Source: a virus | Virus record (IMG/VR): IMGVR_UViG_3300036770_008715 | Location: 76,074 to 140,073 of that record | DNA length: 64,000 nt | Reading direction: 5' to 3' (one strand) | Part shown: in pieces, positions 55,511 through 63,611 of the stretch | How the letters are laid out: the number at the start of each line of letters is the position of its first letter | Position numbering within the stretch: the first letter of the stretch is position 1 | Position numbers and translations under genes: made by a program | The notes under the pieces: generated by a model | Seen by the model: the letters and a program-made list of their open reading frames with translations, nothing else | Told to the model about the DNA's origin: nothing | The model's database searches: none

Positions 55511-55798
55511 CCGAGACATTACGCTGCTAGCGCATAGACCTCATAAGTGTCATCGTTTGCTGCACTTATCTTTGTTGCTTCTTCGACCGAGTAAACCCAG
55601 TCCTACGGCTTTCGCATTGCCGATTCTCCGCAGTGCTGCTGACCCCTGTCGAATCTAGAACACCCCCATCAAAAGCATACTGTACGGTACAGTCCTCAGA
55701 CACTACGTGCCTGGGTAGGTCACGACCCCAATGCTTTGGTGGAGGTGGCGGGAGTCGCACCCGCGTCCAAAGACCTCTCACACTGCATCAACGAATTC
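55478..55798 (-). ncRNA. ssrA: Two-piece (circularly permuted) tmRNA
   Basis: Order on the minus strand: T-arm and acceptor GGAC-GCGGG-TGCGACT-CCCGC-CACCTCC-A-CCA (ends 55737); 69-nt intervening segment; GGGGGTG...TTCGAC (starts 55667) giving a G3:U70 Ala pair; tag frame GCA GCA AAC GAT...GCA GCG TAA = AANDDTYEVYALAA* (55563-55519). Outer boundaries are approximate. Confidence 0.92.
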
Positions 55799-56026
55799 TT
55801 ATTTCTTTTTTGTCGTAGTTGTTTTCTTTGCCCGAGGCTTCTTAGGCTTCGGTGCTTTACCGCCTTCCCATGCTTCATTTACTTCGGGTGTTTTAGGATC
55901 ATCAGCCACAAATTGGCCAACCTCATTGCGCGCACGTTCAATGGGTTTTTTGTTTAATGCGCGAATAGAATAACCAAAAACTCCCAACGAAGCAACAATC
56001 ACTCCAATCAAAACTTGTTCAATCAT
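55799..56026 (-). CDS. Small membrane protein with RAR...G.F.ADDP.TP.VNEAW motif and Lys-rich tail
   Basis: The probable start is MIEQV at 56026; I recognise the motif from proteobacterial phage proteins. Confidence 0.65.
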   Translation of the reverse strand: MIEQVLIGVIVASLGVFGYSIRALNKKPIERARNEVGQFVADDPKTPEVNEAWEGGKAPKPKKPRAKKTTTTKKK

Positions 56027-56150
56027 CTTTCTTATCCTCTGGGTACTCTGTCTTGTCAAATTCTTCCAAATATTGCAGGAAGCTTGGAAAGAAATATGCT
56101 GGTGCGAACAGCGCAAAAATTAACAACCCTGCAAGAATGAAATCGGACAT
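56019..56150 (-). CDS. Small hydrophobic protein (43 aa)
   Basis: Manual translation: MSDFILAGLLIFALFAPAYFFPSFLQYLEEFDKTEYPEDKKDD; GGAG Shine-Dalgarno; fills the gap between neighbours. Confidence 0.55.
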   Translation of the reverse strand: MSDFILAGLLIFALFAPAYFFPSFLQYLEEFDKTEYPEDKKDD

Positions 56151-56151
56151 A

Positions 56152-56805
56152 TTAAACTCCGTAGTATCTATCTATATAGCCTTGCAGTTCATCTCGATAG
56201 TCTTCGGGCTTCACCTTTAGTACCTGACAGAAGTTGGCGCTATCAACCCCAATGATAATAACAACCTGTTCGGGTTTGAGTCCCGTCATCTCTTCAAACA
56301 TCACAGAGTATGCTGTGCCTTGCATAAAGTACCCAGCAATATTTTCTTTCTTCTTCAGCCGATTGGCAGTCTTAAAGTCAATAACAGAAAGAACACCATT
56401 ATACTCAGCAATACAGTCAACAGTACCAGCTAGCTTTAGTTCATGAGAGAACATACGATCTTCAAGGCAATGAATATTGTTTAGTTTATCCAGTTCGGTC
56501 TTCATCTTAACAAAGAGAGACTTTACATTGGGCATCATATCTTCATGAACTACAGCCTCATTGTTAATATAGTTCTCAATCACTTTGTGGACACTGGTAC
56601 CTCGAGTAGTAGCCTGACGAGAGATCTTGTTGGCCTGTTCGTCACCTACCCTCTTTCGCCATGCAATAATCTCATCTTTCTTATAGTCTGAGAGTACAGT
56701 AGTGACAGAGGGATACTTATTCCCATCAGGTGTTACATATACCCTCGAACCTTCAAGATTCTCTTGGAGCAGCTTGGGGAACTCATGACGACAGTGATTA
56801 AACAT
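56152..56805 (-). CDS. PD-(D/E)XK (RecB/Cas4-like) exonuclease of T4-like phages
   Basis: YPSVTTVL, WR..VG...AN, RGT..H...E, AGTVDCIA...IDFKT, Y..Q..AY..M. Confidence 0.88.
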   Translation of the reverse strand: MFNHCRHEFPKLLQENLEGSRVYVTPDGNKYPSVTTVLSDYKKDEIIAWRKRVGDEQANKISRQATTRGTSVHKVIENYINNEAVVHEDMMPNVKSLFVKMKTELDKLNNIHCLEDRMFSHELKLAGTVDCIAEYNGVLSVIDFKTANRLKKKENIAGYFMQGTAYSVMFEEMTGLKPEQVVIIIGVDSANFCQVLKVKPEDYRDELQGYIDRYYGV

Positions 56806-56833
56806 ACTCTATACCTTAAAGGACCACATAGTG

Positions 56834-56862
56834 ATTATACTAGAATACTGAGTATTAGTCAA
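56834..56862 (-). promoter_or_regulatory. Sigma70-type promoter
   Basis: TTGACT-N17-TATAAT upstream of the exonuclease gene. Confidence 0.8.
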
Positions 56863-56863
56863 G

Positions 56864-57595
56864 TTATTCTTCAATGATTGTTTCATATTGTTCAACTGCA
56901 ACCAAGAATTCTTTAACAAGACTTGATCGAACAATATCATCAGTTGTAAATTCAATGTTAGTGAATGATGGCATCAACTTGGCCACTTCATGGAATTTCT
57001 CCAGTCCAGATCGATCGTTAGTCCTGCGATTCAAGTCAGTCTGACGATAGTCTCCGCAGAAGATAATCTTAGAACGGTATCCAACTCGAGTCATTGCAGT
57101 CGACAGCTCTACCCAAGAAAGGTTTTGCATTTCGTCGACAATGATAATTGCATCGTCCCAGGTGCAACCCCGAAGGAAAGAGGTTGACATAAACTCAACC
57201 TTACGCTGTTCCTTGAGCAGTTCATAGGCATCATGGCGATTAAATAGATTCTGGCAGATCTGTTTGTATGGCTGCTCATAGAGAGACATCTTCTCTTCGG
57301 CAGATCCAGGCGTGAATCCCATCTCTCGACCTTGTACTGCAGATCGCACAATTACAACACGATTGAATGGATTACCTTTATCAAGCACTTCCTCAATCGC
57401 TTTGTAAACAGCGATAAAGCTCTTGCCTGTTCCAGCTGATCCATTAAGCATAATAAAGTAATCGCCGCGATTGTAAGCCTCGAAAAACTTAGCTTGGTTA
57501 TCGGTTAGGGGTTCGATCTTTCCTATTTCTTTGATTCTTGGTGGGGTCTTTTTTTCTTGAAGCGTAATGGTATTATTGCTGTTATGCTTCGCCAT
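56864..57595 (-). CDS. phoH: PhoH-family ATPase
   Basis: PLT.NQ, G.AGTGKS, RS.V..R.MGF.PG...EK, SFLRG.T, I.VDE.QN, TRVG..SK..FCGD..Q.DL, DIVRS.LVK. Confidence 0.95.
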   Translation of the reverse strand: MAKHNSNNTITLQEKKTPPRIKEIGKIEPLTDNQAKFFEAYNRGDYFIMLNGSAGTGKSFIAVYKAIEEVLDKGNPFNRVVIVRSAVQGREMGFTPGSAEEKMSLYEQPYKQICQNLFNRHDAYELLKEQRKVEFMSTSFLRGCTWDDAIIIVDEMQNLSWVELSTAMTRVGYRSKIIFCGDYRQTDLNRRTNDRSGLEKFHEVAKLMPSFTNIEFTTDDIVRSSLVKEFLVAVEQYETIIEE

Positions 57596-57596
57596 G

Positions 57597-57929
57597 TTAC
57601 CTCGCTTTTCGGTTTTCTTCTTGTATTTTAAGATGCTTGTTGATCACCTGCTCGGTTTTCACTTGCTTAATAGTTTTCTTACCGAATCTCTCTGCATGCG
57701 GACTATTAGGATTCTGTTCTGCTATCTTGCTGAGCACCTCCTTCCATGTGTTGTCTGTTTTGCCTTCGATTGATCCAACAGTACTGATAGCGCCAACAAC
57801 TCTTGGCGCTTCATCAATATATCGGATTAGGTGGGGATTGTCTGCTGAGAATTGATCGTATTCAGATATTTTCAGTTTGAATTCGACTACTTCCTTTGTA
57901 TTGACGTCGATAAAACTATATGTTGGCAT
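57597..57929 (-). CDS. FmdB-like conserved T4-like protein
   Basis: MPTY.F....T.E..E......EY..F...NP...WKEVL.KI....P.S; usually found upstream of phoH. Confidence 0.7.
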   Translation of the reverse strand: MPTYSFIDVNTKEVVEFKLKISEYDQFSADNPHLIRYIDEAPRVVGAISTVGSIEGKTDNTWKEVLSKIAEQNPNSPHAERFGKKTIKQVKTEQVINKHLKIQEENRKAR

Positions 57930-57931
57930 AA

Positions 57932-58840
57932 TTATTTCCAATACTGTACATGATTGTTTCTAGCTTGGATATTTTCTATCATAGCTATATTTAACCCAAG
58001 ACCATCGACTACTGAAGATAAAGTTTCATTGAATTTAAATGAAAATTCCTGTTTGAACTTATCGTTTGTTATTCTAAAGTTGTATGGGTTTGGGATGTCT
58101 TGCTGATAGTTTATTTTAGCCCCAGTATACTCCGAAACATAATTTGATATTTCATCAACAGTCAATGAGAAACTAGAGAGATTATAAAATCCTCTTTTAC
58201 TATGAGTGCCCGACTGGACAATTGTATTGATTGCTCGACAAAGATCTTCAACCCCAACTATCGATCGATAGATTGATTTGTTTGTAACATTTATTTTAGA
58301 TGAAGTTATTGCATTCCAGAACATTGAGTTGATCATAAGCTCAGATCTTAGGTTTGGAGTATATCCATTAATAGTGCCGAATCTCAACCCATACCACTCA
58401 ATATCAGAATACTTAATGCAAGATTCTACCAAATGTTTTGATGCATCATATTCATTGTTAAATTCTGCATTGTGATATTCTTCATCAGCTATAGTCCCTT
58501 TGGTGTTACCATAGATTGAAGAAGAGCTAGCGAAAATAAGTTTGATTGGTTTTTTGGTTTGCTCGATCTTATGAACTAAGTCAGAAAAGTTTCTGACGTT
58601 ATTATTGAATGCGCTGTGCCAATCACCAGTGCACATCTTAACTGAGGAATGTCCAGCTAATAGAATGACAGCGTTGAATTCAGAAAGTTCTTCAACAGTT
58701 ATATCTTTGAAGTCTTTTAGTATGACGTCGTCATTATAGTTACCAAACCAGCACAAATCGTATTTCTTGTTTGGTTGGTTTAATGTTTGGGATAGTCTCG
58801 TTCCGAGATAACCTTCACTACCCAACAGTGCTATTGACAT
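57932..58840 (-). CDS. NAD-dependent epimerase/dehydratase (extended SDR)
   Basis: GSEGYLG, LAG.S, ASSSSIYG, YDASK, LRFGT..G. Confidence 0.88.
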   Translation of the reverse strand: MSIALLGSEGYLGTRLSQTLNQPNKKYDLCWFGNYNDDVILKDFKDITVEELSEFNAVILLAGHSSVKMCTGDWHSAFNNNVRNFSDLVHKIEQTKKPIKLIFASSSSIYGNTKGTIADEEYHNAEFNNEYDASKHLVESCIKYSDIEWYGLRFGTINGYTPNLRSELMINSMFWNAITSSKINVTNKSIYRSIVGVEDLCRAINTIVQSGTHSKRGFYNLSSFSLTVDEISNYVSEYTGAKINYQQDIPNPYNFRITNDKFKQEFSFKFNETLSSVVDGLGLNIAMIENIQARNNHVQYWK

Positions 58841-59399
58841 AAGTTAAATCTCCAAGCAATTGCGAATACCAAGTCGGAACGGTTCGATTCTTCCATTTCG
58901 CGAACCTTGACTTATATTTAGCGTAGTAATTCTGATATGCTTGGATGGAATCACCAGGAACTTTGCATTCATCTGGCATAGCCTGTGGAGGCTCGGTGAA
59001 CGGTACATCGGGGATATTATTAGGAAGGTTTTTGAGCAGAACATAACAAAGGCCAGTCTCTTCTATCTTGTGAGTCTTGTTGTATCGGTGGGTATACTCT
59101 TCGCAACAAGAGATAAGAAGGTTGGCGAGCCAGATGTAGTTTTCCTTCGACGATCTGGCCCACACAACGCTGGGGTGATTAATATGAGTGGCTTGATACA
59201 TGATACCATCATGAAAACTATCAGCCAACTTCCATCTTTTGATCTTTCGCTTCTTGATTTCTATTGTTGGTGTTCCGTCAAGGAAACGATGGGCTGAGCT
59301 GAGTATCTGGGCATACTCAAGAATCATCTTCACTACATGTTTGTCGCAGTGCGACTGAGCACACTCGCGAGCAAACTCATGTAGATAGAAGATATTCAA
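58818..59399 (-). CDS. Pyrimidine-dimer DNA glycosylase (DenV/endonuclease V-like)
   Basis: MNIFYL....CA..HCDKHVVKMILEYAQIL..AH, Y.ATH.NHP...W, EY..RY.K.H, PPQAMPD, AY..YY...K...A.W. Confidence 0.8.
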   Translation of the reverse strand: MNIFYLHEFARECAQSHCDKHVVKMILEYAQILSSAHRFLDGTPTIEIKKRKIKRWKLADSFHDGIMYQATHINHPSVVWARSSKENYIWLANLLISCCEEYTHRYNKTHKIEETGLCYVLLKNLPNNIPDVPFTEPPQAMPDECKVPGDSIQAYQNYYAKYKSRFAKWKNRTVPTWYSQLLGDLTYVNSTVG

Positions 59400-59770
59400 A
59401 GCCCTTGGCCCTTACGCGTCTTGATTTCAAGGCAAGAGAATCGATTAACGGCTGTTGTACTTGCGTCCAAATCAGCAGCCACTCGAGTCTTAAACACTTT
59501 CACAACTGGAATCAGATCAGCATCATAGACATTGACCCAAAAGGAAAGTCCTTCTGGTATCAGATCGCATGCATGCTCTTCCTGTTGCGGGTTAGCGCGA
59601 GGGAATAGCCCATCATGATTCCACATCGAAGGAACTCGGATGATTGTACCTTCTGCTGTTTGGGTTGACATGATGCCGAGCAATCCCCGCTCGGTGATCT
59701 CATGTATAGTAGCAGATAGTCCATTCACCATAGTGTACTTGCCGATCTTAAACATATGCATATTATGCAA
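59396..59770 (-). CDS. Hypothetical protein
   Basis: ORF overlapping its neighbours in the same orientation; start uncertain. Confidence 0.55.
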   Translation of the reverse strand: MHNMHMFKIGKYTMVNGLSATIHEITERGLLGIMSTQTAEGTIIRVPSMWNHDGLFPRANPQQEEHACDLIPEGLSFWVNVYDADLIPVVKVFKTRVAADLDASTTAVNRFSCLEIKTRKGQGL

Positions 59771-60098
59771 TCCTAGTTATACAAATTTTATTACTAGAAA
59801 GTTCTGAATATTTCAACTTAACATTATACTTTCTGCTAACATACCTTGCAGCTACTCGTTGTCGATTACAAAACACTGCAGGCGGTATATTCGGAGGCCT
59901 GTTAAAATTTTTCGATTGGCCAATTTTCAGTTCAAGAAGTTTATTAGTAGTGCCACGCAACTCAGGGAATTTCCTGACAGTTGGGTTGGTTGATTTTTGT
60001 TTAAGTTCACTCAGAACCATTTTTTTGATCTCTGAACGAAGTTCTTTAACAACATTACGAATTTCTTCGCGGAGAAATTGTTGCACCATAGTATTCAT
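59763..60098 (-). CDS. Hypothetical basic protein, possibly DNA-binding
   Basis: 111 aa; L.IGQS..F and I.ITRIA resemble small phage DNA-binding proteins. Confidence 0.55.
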   Translation of the reverse strand: MNTMVQQFLREEIRNVVKELRSEIKKMVLSELKQKSTNPTVRKFPELRGTTNKLLELKIGQSKNFNRPPNIPPAVFCNRQRVAARYVSRKYNVKLKYSELSSNKICITRIA

Positions 60099-60101
60099 AA
60101 A

Positions 60102-60557
60102 TTAGAGTCCGAGTTGCGCTTTGATGTCAGCCAGATCGTTATCGCCAAACTCGGCAATATGCAGATCGGGATCGAACGTAGACATATCGCCGTTATCGGC
60201 AACAGGCTTGGTGTTCTTGACCTTGACACGCTTCTCTACAACCTGCTTGATAACCTTAGCACGAGCAGCCTTGGTCACAGTCTTCTTGACAGGCTTGGCC
60301 TTAGCAGTCGCAGTGCTACGGCGACTTGGCGTGATCAAACCCTCAACAACGCTGGCATTGAGAAGAACATACTTCTCGATCGATCGGCCATTCTTCGTAA
60401 CACCAATCTCAGCGCTGAACTTCTCGCGGAGAAACTTGATGTAGCCACCTACCTGACCAACGTGGAGGTTGATCTCTTTGGCTGCAGCTTCGGGAGTCAC
60501 ACCCTTAGCACCAGCCGCCTTCATGAACGTAAACAGAACAAAATATTTGCTAGCCAT
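60102..60557 (-). CDS. Hypothetical protein: HTH-like N-terminus, Lys/Ala-rich linker, acidic tail
   Basis: GAGG Shine-Dalgarno; VT.E...KEI......GYI..LR....AEI...K.GR....Y.L.N. Confidence 0.65.
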   Translation of the reverse strand: MASKYFVLFTFMKAAGAKGVTPEAAAKEINLHVGQVGGYIKFLREKFSAEIGVTKNGRSIEKYVLLNASVVEGLITPSRRSTATAKAKPVKKTVTKAARAKVIKQVVEKRVKVKNTKPVADNGDMSTFDPDLHIAEFGDNDLADIKAQLGL

Positions 60558-60584
60558 GATATAATTACCTCAATGATTTAAAAA

Positions 60585-60737
60585 TTAATAACCGCGACTC
60601 ATATGGGAATATGCATCTTTACAATCCTCGATGCGCTTCCCGCACTCACACCACACAAACTCCTCCTCGTAAGATACGGGAGGCATCCCTGGAGCAAACT
60701 GCGCCATGAATTCTTCATACTCGATATAGTCTTGCAT
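60585..60737 (-). CDS. Small Cys/His-containing early protein
   Basis: Start ATG 60737 after GAGG; ends CECGKRIEDCKDAYSHMSRGY. Confidence 0.6.
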   Translation of the reverse strand: MQDYIEYEEFMAQFAPGMPPVSYEEEFVWCECGKRIEDCKDAYSHMSRGY

Positions 60738-60765
60738 AACAGCGACCTCACTTAGTACAAGATCC

Positions 60766-60825
60766 ATTATACGCTTCTCCGAAGATAAAAAAAGTGGTAA
60801 AATGTTATTACAATTCAACAACTTA
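60766..60825 (-). promoter_or_regulatory. Early promoter with IHF-like box
   Basis: TAAGTTGTTGAAT, then 41 nt containing a T7 tract, then TATAATGG. Confidence 0.55.
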
Positions 60826-60921
60826 CAGGAACCGCAAAATTACGGTGAGGCCGCCAACCACAAACCCAAGACCAAACGGAAGGACGTTGGCGTCGAAGAA
60901 CTCATTGAATCGGTCCAACAT
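60823..60921 (-). CDS. Small membrane peptide (32 aa)
   Basis: MLDRFNEFFDANVLPFGLGFVVGGLTVILRFL; TAATG coupling to the upstream gene; GGAGG Shine-Dalgarno. Confidence 0.5.
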   Translation of the reverse strand: MLDRFNEFFDANVLPFGLGFVVGGLTVILRFL

Positions 60922-61103
60922 TACGCAACCTCCTCGACGTTGTTATAGAAAGCAGACTCGATAGCAAATTGCAGCGAGTCAGCCTTGTTCGGGTAGAAGT
61001 TATGCAGCTCAAAGGCCAGCAGCTGCATTTCAGCTTCTTCAAGAGCAGCCACTTCGCGCATAAGGTCGAAGACCTTGCTCATCTTCATCAAACTTAGTTC
61101 CAT
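60921..61103 (-). CDS. Hypothetical early protein
   Basis: 60 aa; AGGAG Shine-Dalgarno. Confidence 0.65.
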   Translation of the reverse strand: MELSLMKMSKVFDLMREVAALEEAEMQLLAFELHNFYPNKADSLQFAIESAFYNNVEEVA

Positions 61104-61117
61104 TTCAGTATCTCCTA

Positions 61118-61291
61118 TTAAACCAGACGGCAGTCGACGCGGACGACATGTCCAGTCTCGGATTGAATCCAGTAGTCGACTTCGTAGATTTCGCCATCGT
61201 CGCCGTTAACGGTTTCGACGCGCTCGATCACGATCCCGCGAACATTGCTGGGGTGAAGCACTTCACGCGAAGAAAGTACAGTAGCAGTCAT
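61118..61291 (-). CDS. Hypothetical early protein (57 aa)
   Basis: Manual translation: MTATVLSSREVLHPSNVRGIVIERVETVNGDDGEIYEVDYWIQSETGHVVRVDCRLV; GGAG Shine-Dalgarno; directly after a promoter. Confidence 0.65.
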   Translation of the reverse strand: MTATVLSSREVLHPSNVRGIVIERVETVNGDDGEIYEVDYWIQSETGHVVRVDCRLV

Positions 61292-61324
61292 TTCATTCTC
61301 CAGTTAATCAACCCTACAGCTTCC

Positions 61325-61550
61325 ATTATACTGAGATTAGTTGAAAAAAATAGCATAAAAAACTGTTCTAAATCAATAACTTACAAAAGGCGTTTTTGGT
61401 GACATCTGACGTAAGTTGTTGATTCATAAGGACTTTTTTCACAGTAAATCAATGACTTAGCAGCGAACACTTGCCAGTAGGAGGTGATACGGGGAATTAC
61501 CCGAGAGGCTTGTTTTGGGTAGATTTAGCCCCTGTAAAATCAATGACTTA
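61325..61550 (-). promoter_or_regulatory. Early promoter with a cluster of four IHF consensus boxes
   Basis: WATCAANNNNTTR matches at 61371-83 (+), 61412-24 (-), 61447-59 (+) and 61538-50 (+); TATAAT on the minus strand at 61325-30. Confidence 0.65.
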
Positions 61551-61904
61551 CGATTGCTCCCAGGGCTTCTTTCGCCGTTTTGGAGGTTCATACGGTGCAT
61601 AGGCTTCGCTCCAGGGATCGCCTTTAGCCAGCCGCTCCCGCTCGCTCGCGGGAAGGTTCCAGGTTTTAAATTCAAACAGGGCAGCATCATATGCATCTTT
61701 GACTTTCTGTAACTGTCGGTATGCTTCAAGGGTGAACCCATCTCGATCAAAGCTGTCTTGGTATGTCAATAGTTCGGCGAAGAATTTCTGGCAGTCTGCG
61801 CTGTCGGACCACATTACACGAATGCGTTTGACCAGCCCAGGATAGTCGGGCTCTATTTGTTTGAGTATGTCGTCAACCTCAGCAGGCAACTTCATTACAA
61901 ACAT
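61548..61904 (-). CDS. Hypothetical protein
   Basis: YP.L..RI...W....C..FF..LL.....R.GF motif, reminiscent of a small proteobacterial domain. Confidence 0.6.
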   Translation of the reverse strand: MFVMKLPAEVDDILKQIEPDYPGLVKRIRVMWSDSADCQKFFAELLTYQDSFDRDGFTLEAYRQLQKVKDAYDAALFEFKTWNLPASERERLAKGDPWSEAYAPYEPPKRRKKPWEQS

Positions 61905-62316
61905 TATCACTTCCGAGTGACTCGAAACCGTCACTGGTACTATAGTGAACTGTTTCGATGCCAAATTCAACCAATGCACGCATACAACCTATACAGGGCT
62001 TTGCTAGGCCATATCCACGGGCAGTTTTCCTCAAGACAATCATTCGTGCGCCTCTGAGCTCATCAAGAGAATGATCTTTGATTGCATTCTTGATTGCATG
62101 AATCTCGGCATGAAGAAATATCGCATCTTGGTTCTTTCCAAACTTTGCCTGAAACGGATGCGACTTCATTCGATTCCAACCAATACCTATGATTCGATTC
62201 TTCTTAACAACAGCGGCGGCCATTGGAAACTTTGGATGGTCCGAATGGCCACAATGCTTATCGAGCTCTTTGGTTATTCGATCAGGCCAACTGTTGTTCA
62301 TCTGACCATCCGCCAT
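61879..62316 (-). CDS. Zn-dependent cytidine/dCMP deaminase-fold protein
   Basis: HAEIHAI and KPCIGC zinc motifs; AAVVK...IG.G.N. Confidence 0.85.
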   Translation of the reverse strand: MADGQMNNSWPDRITKELDKHCGHSDHPKFPMAAAVVKKNRIIGIGWNRMKSHPFQAKFGKNQDAIFLHAEIHAIKNAIKDHSLDELRGARMIVLRKTARGYGLAKPCIGCMRALVEFGIETVHYSTSDGFESLGSDNVCNEVAC

Positions 62317-62596
62317 GTTTCTTGATTACCTTCGCGACTAGTTCAATCGGAACAAAGCAATACACCGAAGAATATGCGTCGTCGCCATACTTCTCAAACT
62401 CTTTAACATGCTTGGTTGGAAACCCAACCTCAACATGAGTCCATGGGCCAATGTTATTCCTTGGCGTACAGTAATGATGCACCGATGCCTGGATTGACAT
62501 CGACAACCCATCTTTACAGGTTACAGGTGGGCACTGGAATATTGTGCTGTCACGCATATCCCTCAGCCAAAACTGTAGAAGAGTCAGCTCTTCCAT
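62282..62596 (-). CDS. Conserved hypothetical phage protein
   Basis: C.DG..MSIQAS..HYC.PR....W..VEVGFP...VY..VP...V..VI.KHGG. Confidence 0.7.
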   Translation of the reverse strand: MEELTLLQFWLRDMRDSTIFQCPPVTCKDGLSMSIQASVHHYCTPRNNIGPWTHVEVGFPTKHVKEFEKYGDDAYSSVYCFVPIELVAKVIKKHGGWSDEQQLA

Positions 62597-62886
62597 AGAA
62601 GCCTAACCTCTTCCCACTTCTGACGATCACAACTTTGACCCAGCGGATGAAACCATTCTCGATCTGTACTCTTCATCTGCTCCATCTCGCGGGAGGCGTC
62701 GTCTCGGCGAAACTCTTCTTCAAGATCCCTTTCAATTAAGTGCTTGACCCTAGCAGGAAGTTTTGGCCATTCACGAATCAAGATGTCCGTGAAGTCACCT
62801 ACTGCATAGCTCATACGCCCACAGTAGTACCTGAACGAACCCAACCACAATGTCAACAGTTCATCCTCACTCATATCATTCTCCAA
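62584..62886 (-). CDS. Conserved hypothetical phage protein
   Basis: FRY..GR.SY.V......I...W..L...LG..CD...W. Confidence 0.65.
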   Translation of the reverse strand: MENDMSEDELLTLWLGSFRYYCGRMSYAVGDFTDILIREWPKLPARVKHLIERDLEEEFRRDDASREMEQMKSTDREWFHPLGQSCDRQKWEEVRLLWKS

Positions 62887-63466
62887 TAACCTTAAACCCT
62901 ATTCTATCGCCATCAGGGTCATAAGTAAAATTTTCTTCTGGAATGTCTTCGCCGATCCAAACAGGAATCAACTCTTTGGCTTTGTACTTGATCCAGTCAG
63001 GATTACCGCGCAAATGAACTTCTATGATCTTACCACCGATCATCTCGTAGTTTACCACACCATACTGCATTGATAGAATTCGGATGAAGCCAGGATGTGT
63101 TATTTCTTCTTCGCGTTTGATCCATCGTTCGAATCGATCTGGACCTTTGCGAATTCCTTCATAGACCACTTCAGTATCACCATTCCTAACATCAACAGAC
63201 AAATGCTTACCATCAAATTTCTCCATCCAAAAAGTACCAGGAAGCATACTAGTAGTGTCAGTGGTTTCGAACGTTTTATAGTACGTTCCTAATCCCATGC
63301 CTAGTACGTTAGTAATTGGTTTGACTACCCACTCTCCTGGATGAGGCAAAGGAACACCAGCAGGACCGCAGACATGACCCAGATACTTTGAGAGAATTAG
63401 TTTGTCATAAACCCAAAGATGCGTAGTTTGAACTCTAGGCCAGACGTCTTCGTCATACTCGATCAT
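62876..63466 (-). CDS. ATP-grasp-like protein
   Basis: Start MIEYD at 63466; YDKL.L....G..CGPAG, VVKP..N..GMG.G, FW.E.F.G.H.SVD, N.E.IG..IIEVH.R.NPD. Confidence 0.6.
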   Translation of the reverse strand: MIEYDEDVWPRVQTTHLWVYDKLILSKYLGHVCGPAGVPLPHPGEWVVKPITNVLGMGLGTYYKTFETTDTTSMLPGTFWMEKFDGKHLSVDVRNGDTEVVYEGIRKGPDRFERWIKREEEITHPGFIRILSMQYGVVNYEMIGGKIIEVHLRGNPDWIKYKAKELIPVWIGEDIPEENFTYDPDGDRIGFKVIGE

Positions 63467-63611
63467 TGAGTTCCTTGCTGATCTGTTTCTTGGCATTCTG
63501 GCGTGCCACACGCTTCCCCATAGGAGTATAACGCACAGAACGAGTGCTATACTTGCTTTGGCAGCAAGGGCAGCGAGAAATACGCTTAAACTCACCGTGC
63601 ATTGGTTTCAT
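63453..63611 (-). CDS. Small basic Cys-containing protein
   Basis: MKPMHG...CPCC...RQ.AK..I..EL; TAATG coupling to the upstream gene. Confidence 0.55.
   Translation of the reverse strand: MKPMHGEFKRISRCPCCQSKYSTRSVRYTPMGKRVARQNAKKQISKELNDRV

Noticed and set aside
55467-55973. ORFs 55467-55658, 55566-55781, 55633-55818, 55731-55973 and 55736-55957
   Set aside because: They overlap the tmRNA gene, which explains the sequence better.
61457-61750. ORF 61457-61750 and antisense ORFs 60078-60581, 61148-61402 and 61515-61712
   Set aside because: They overlap better-supported genes or the IHF/promoter region and lack Shine-Dalgarno or motif support.
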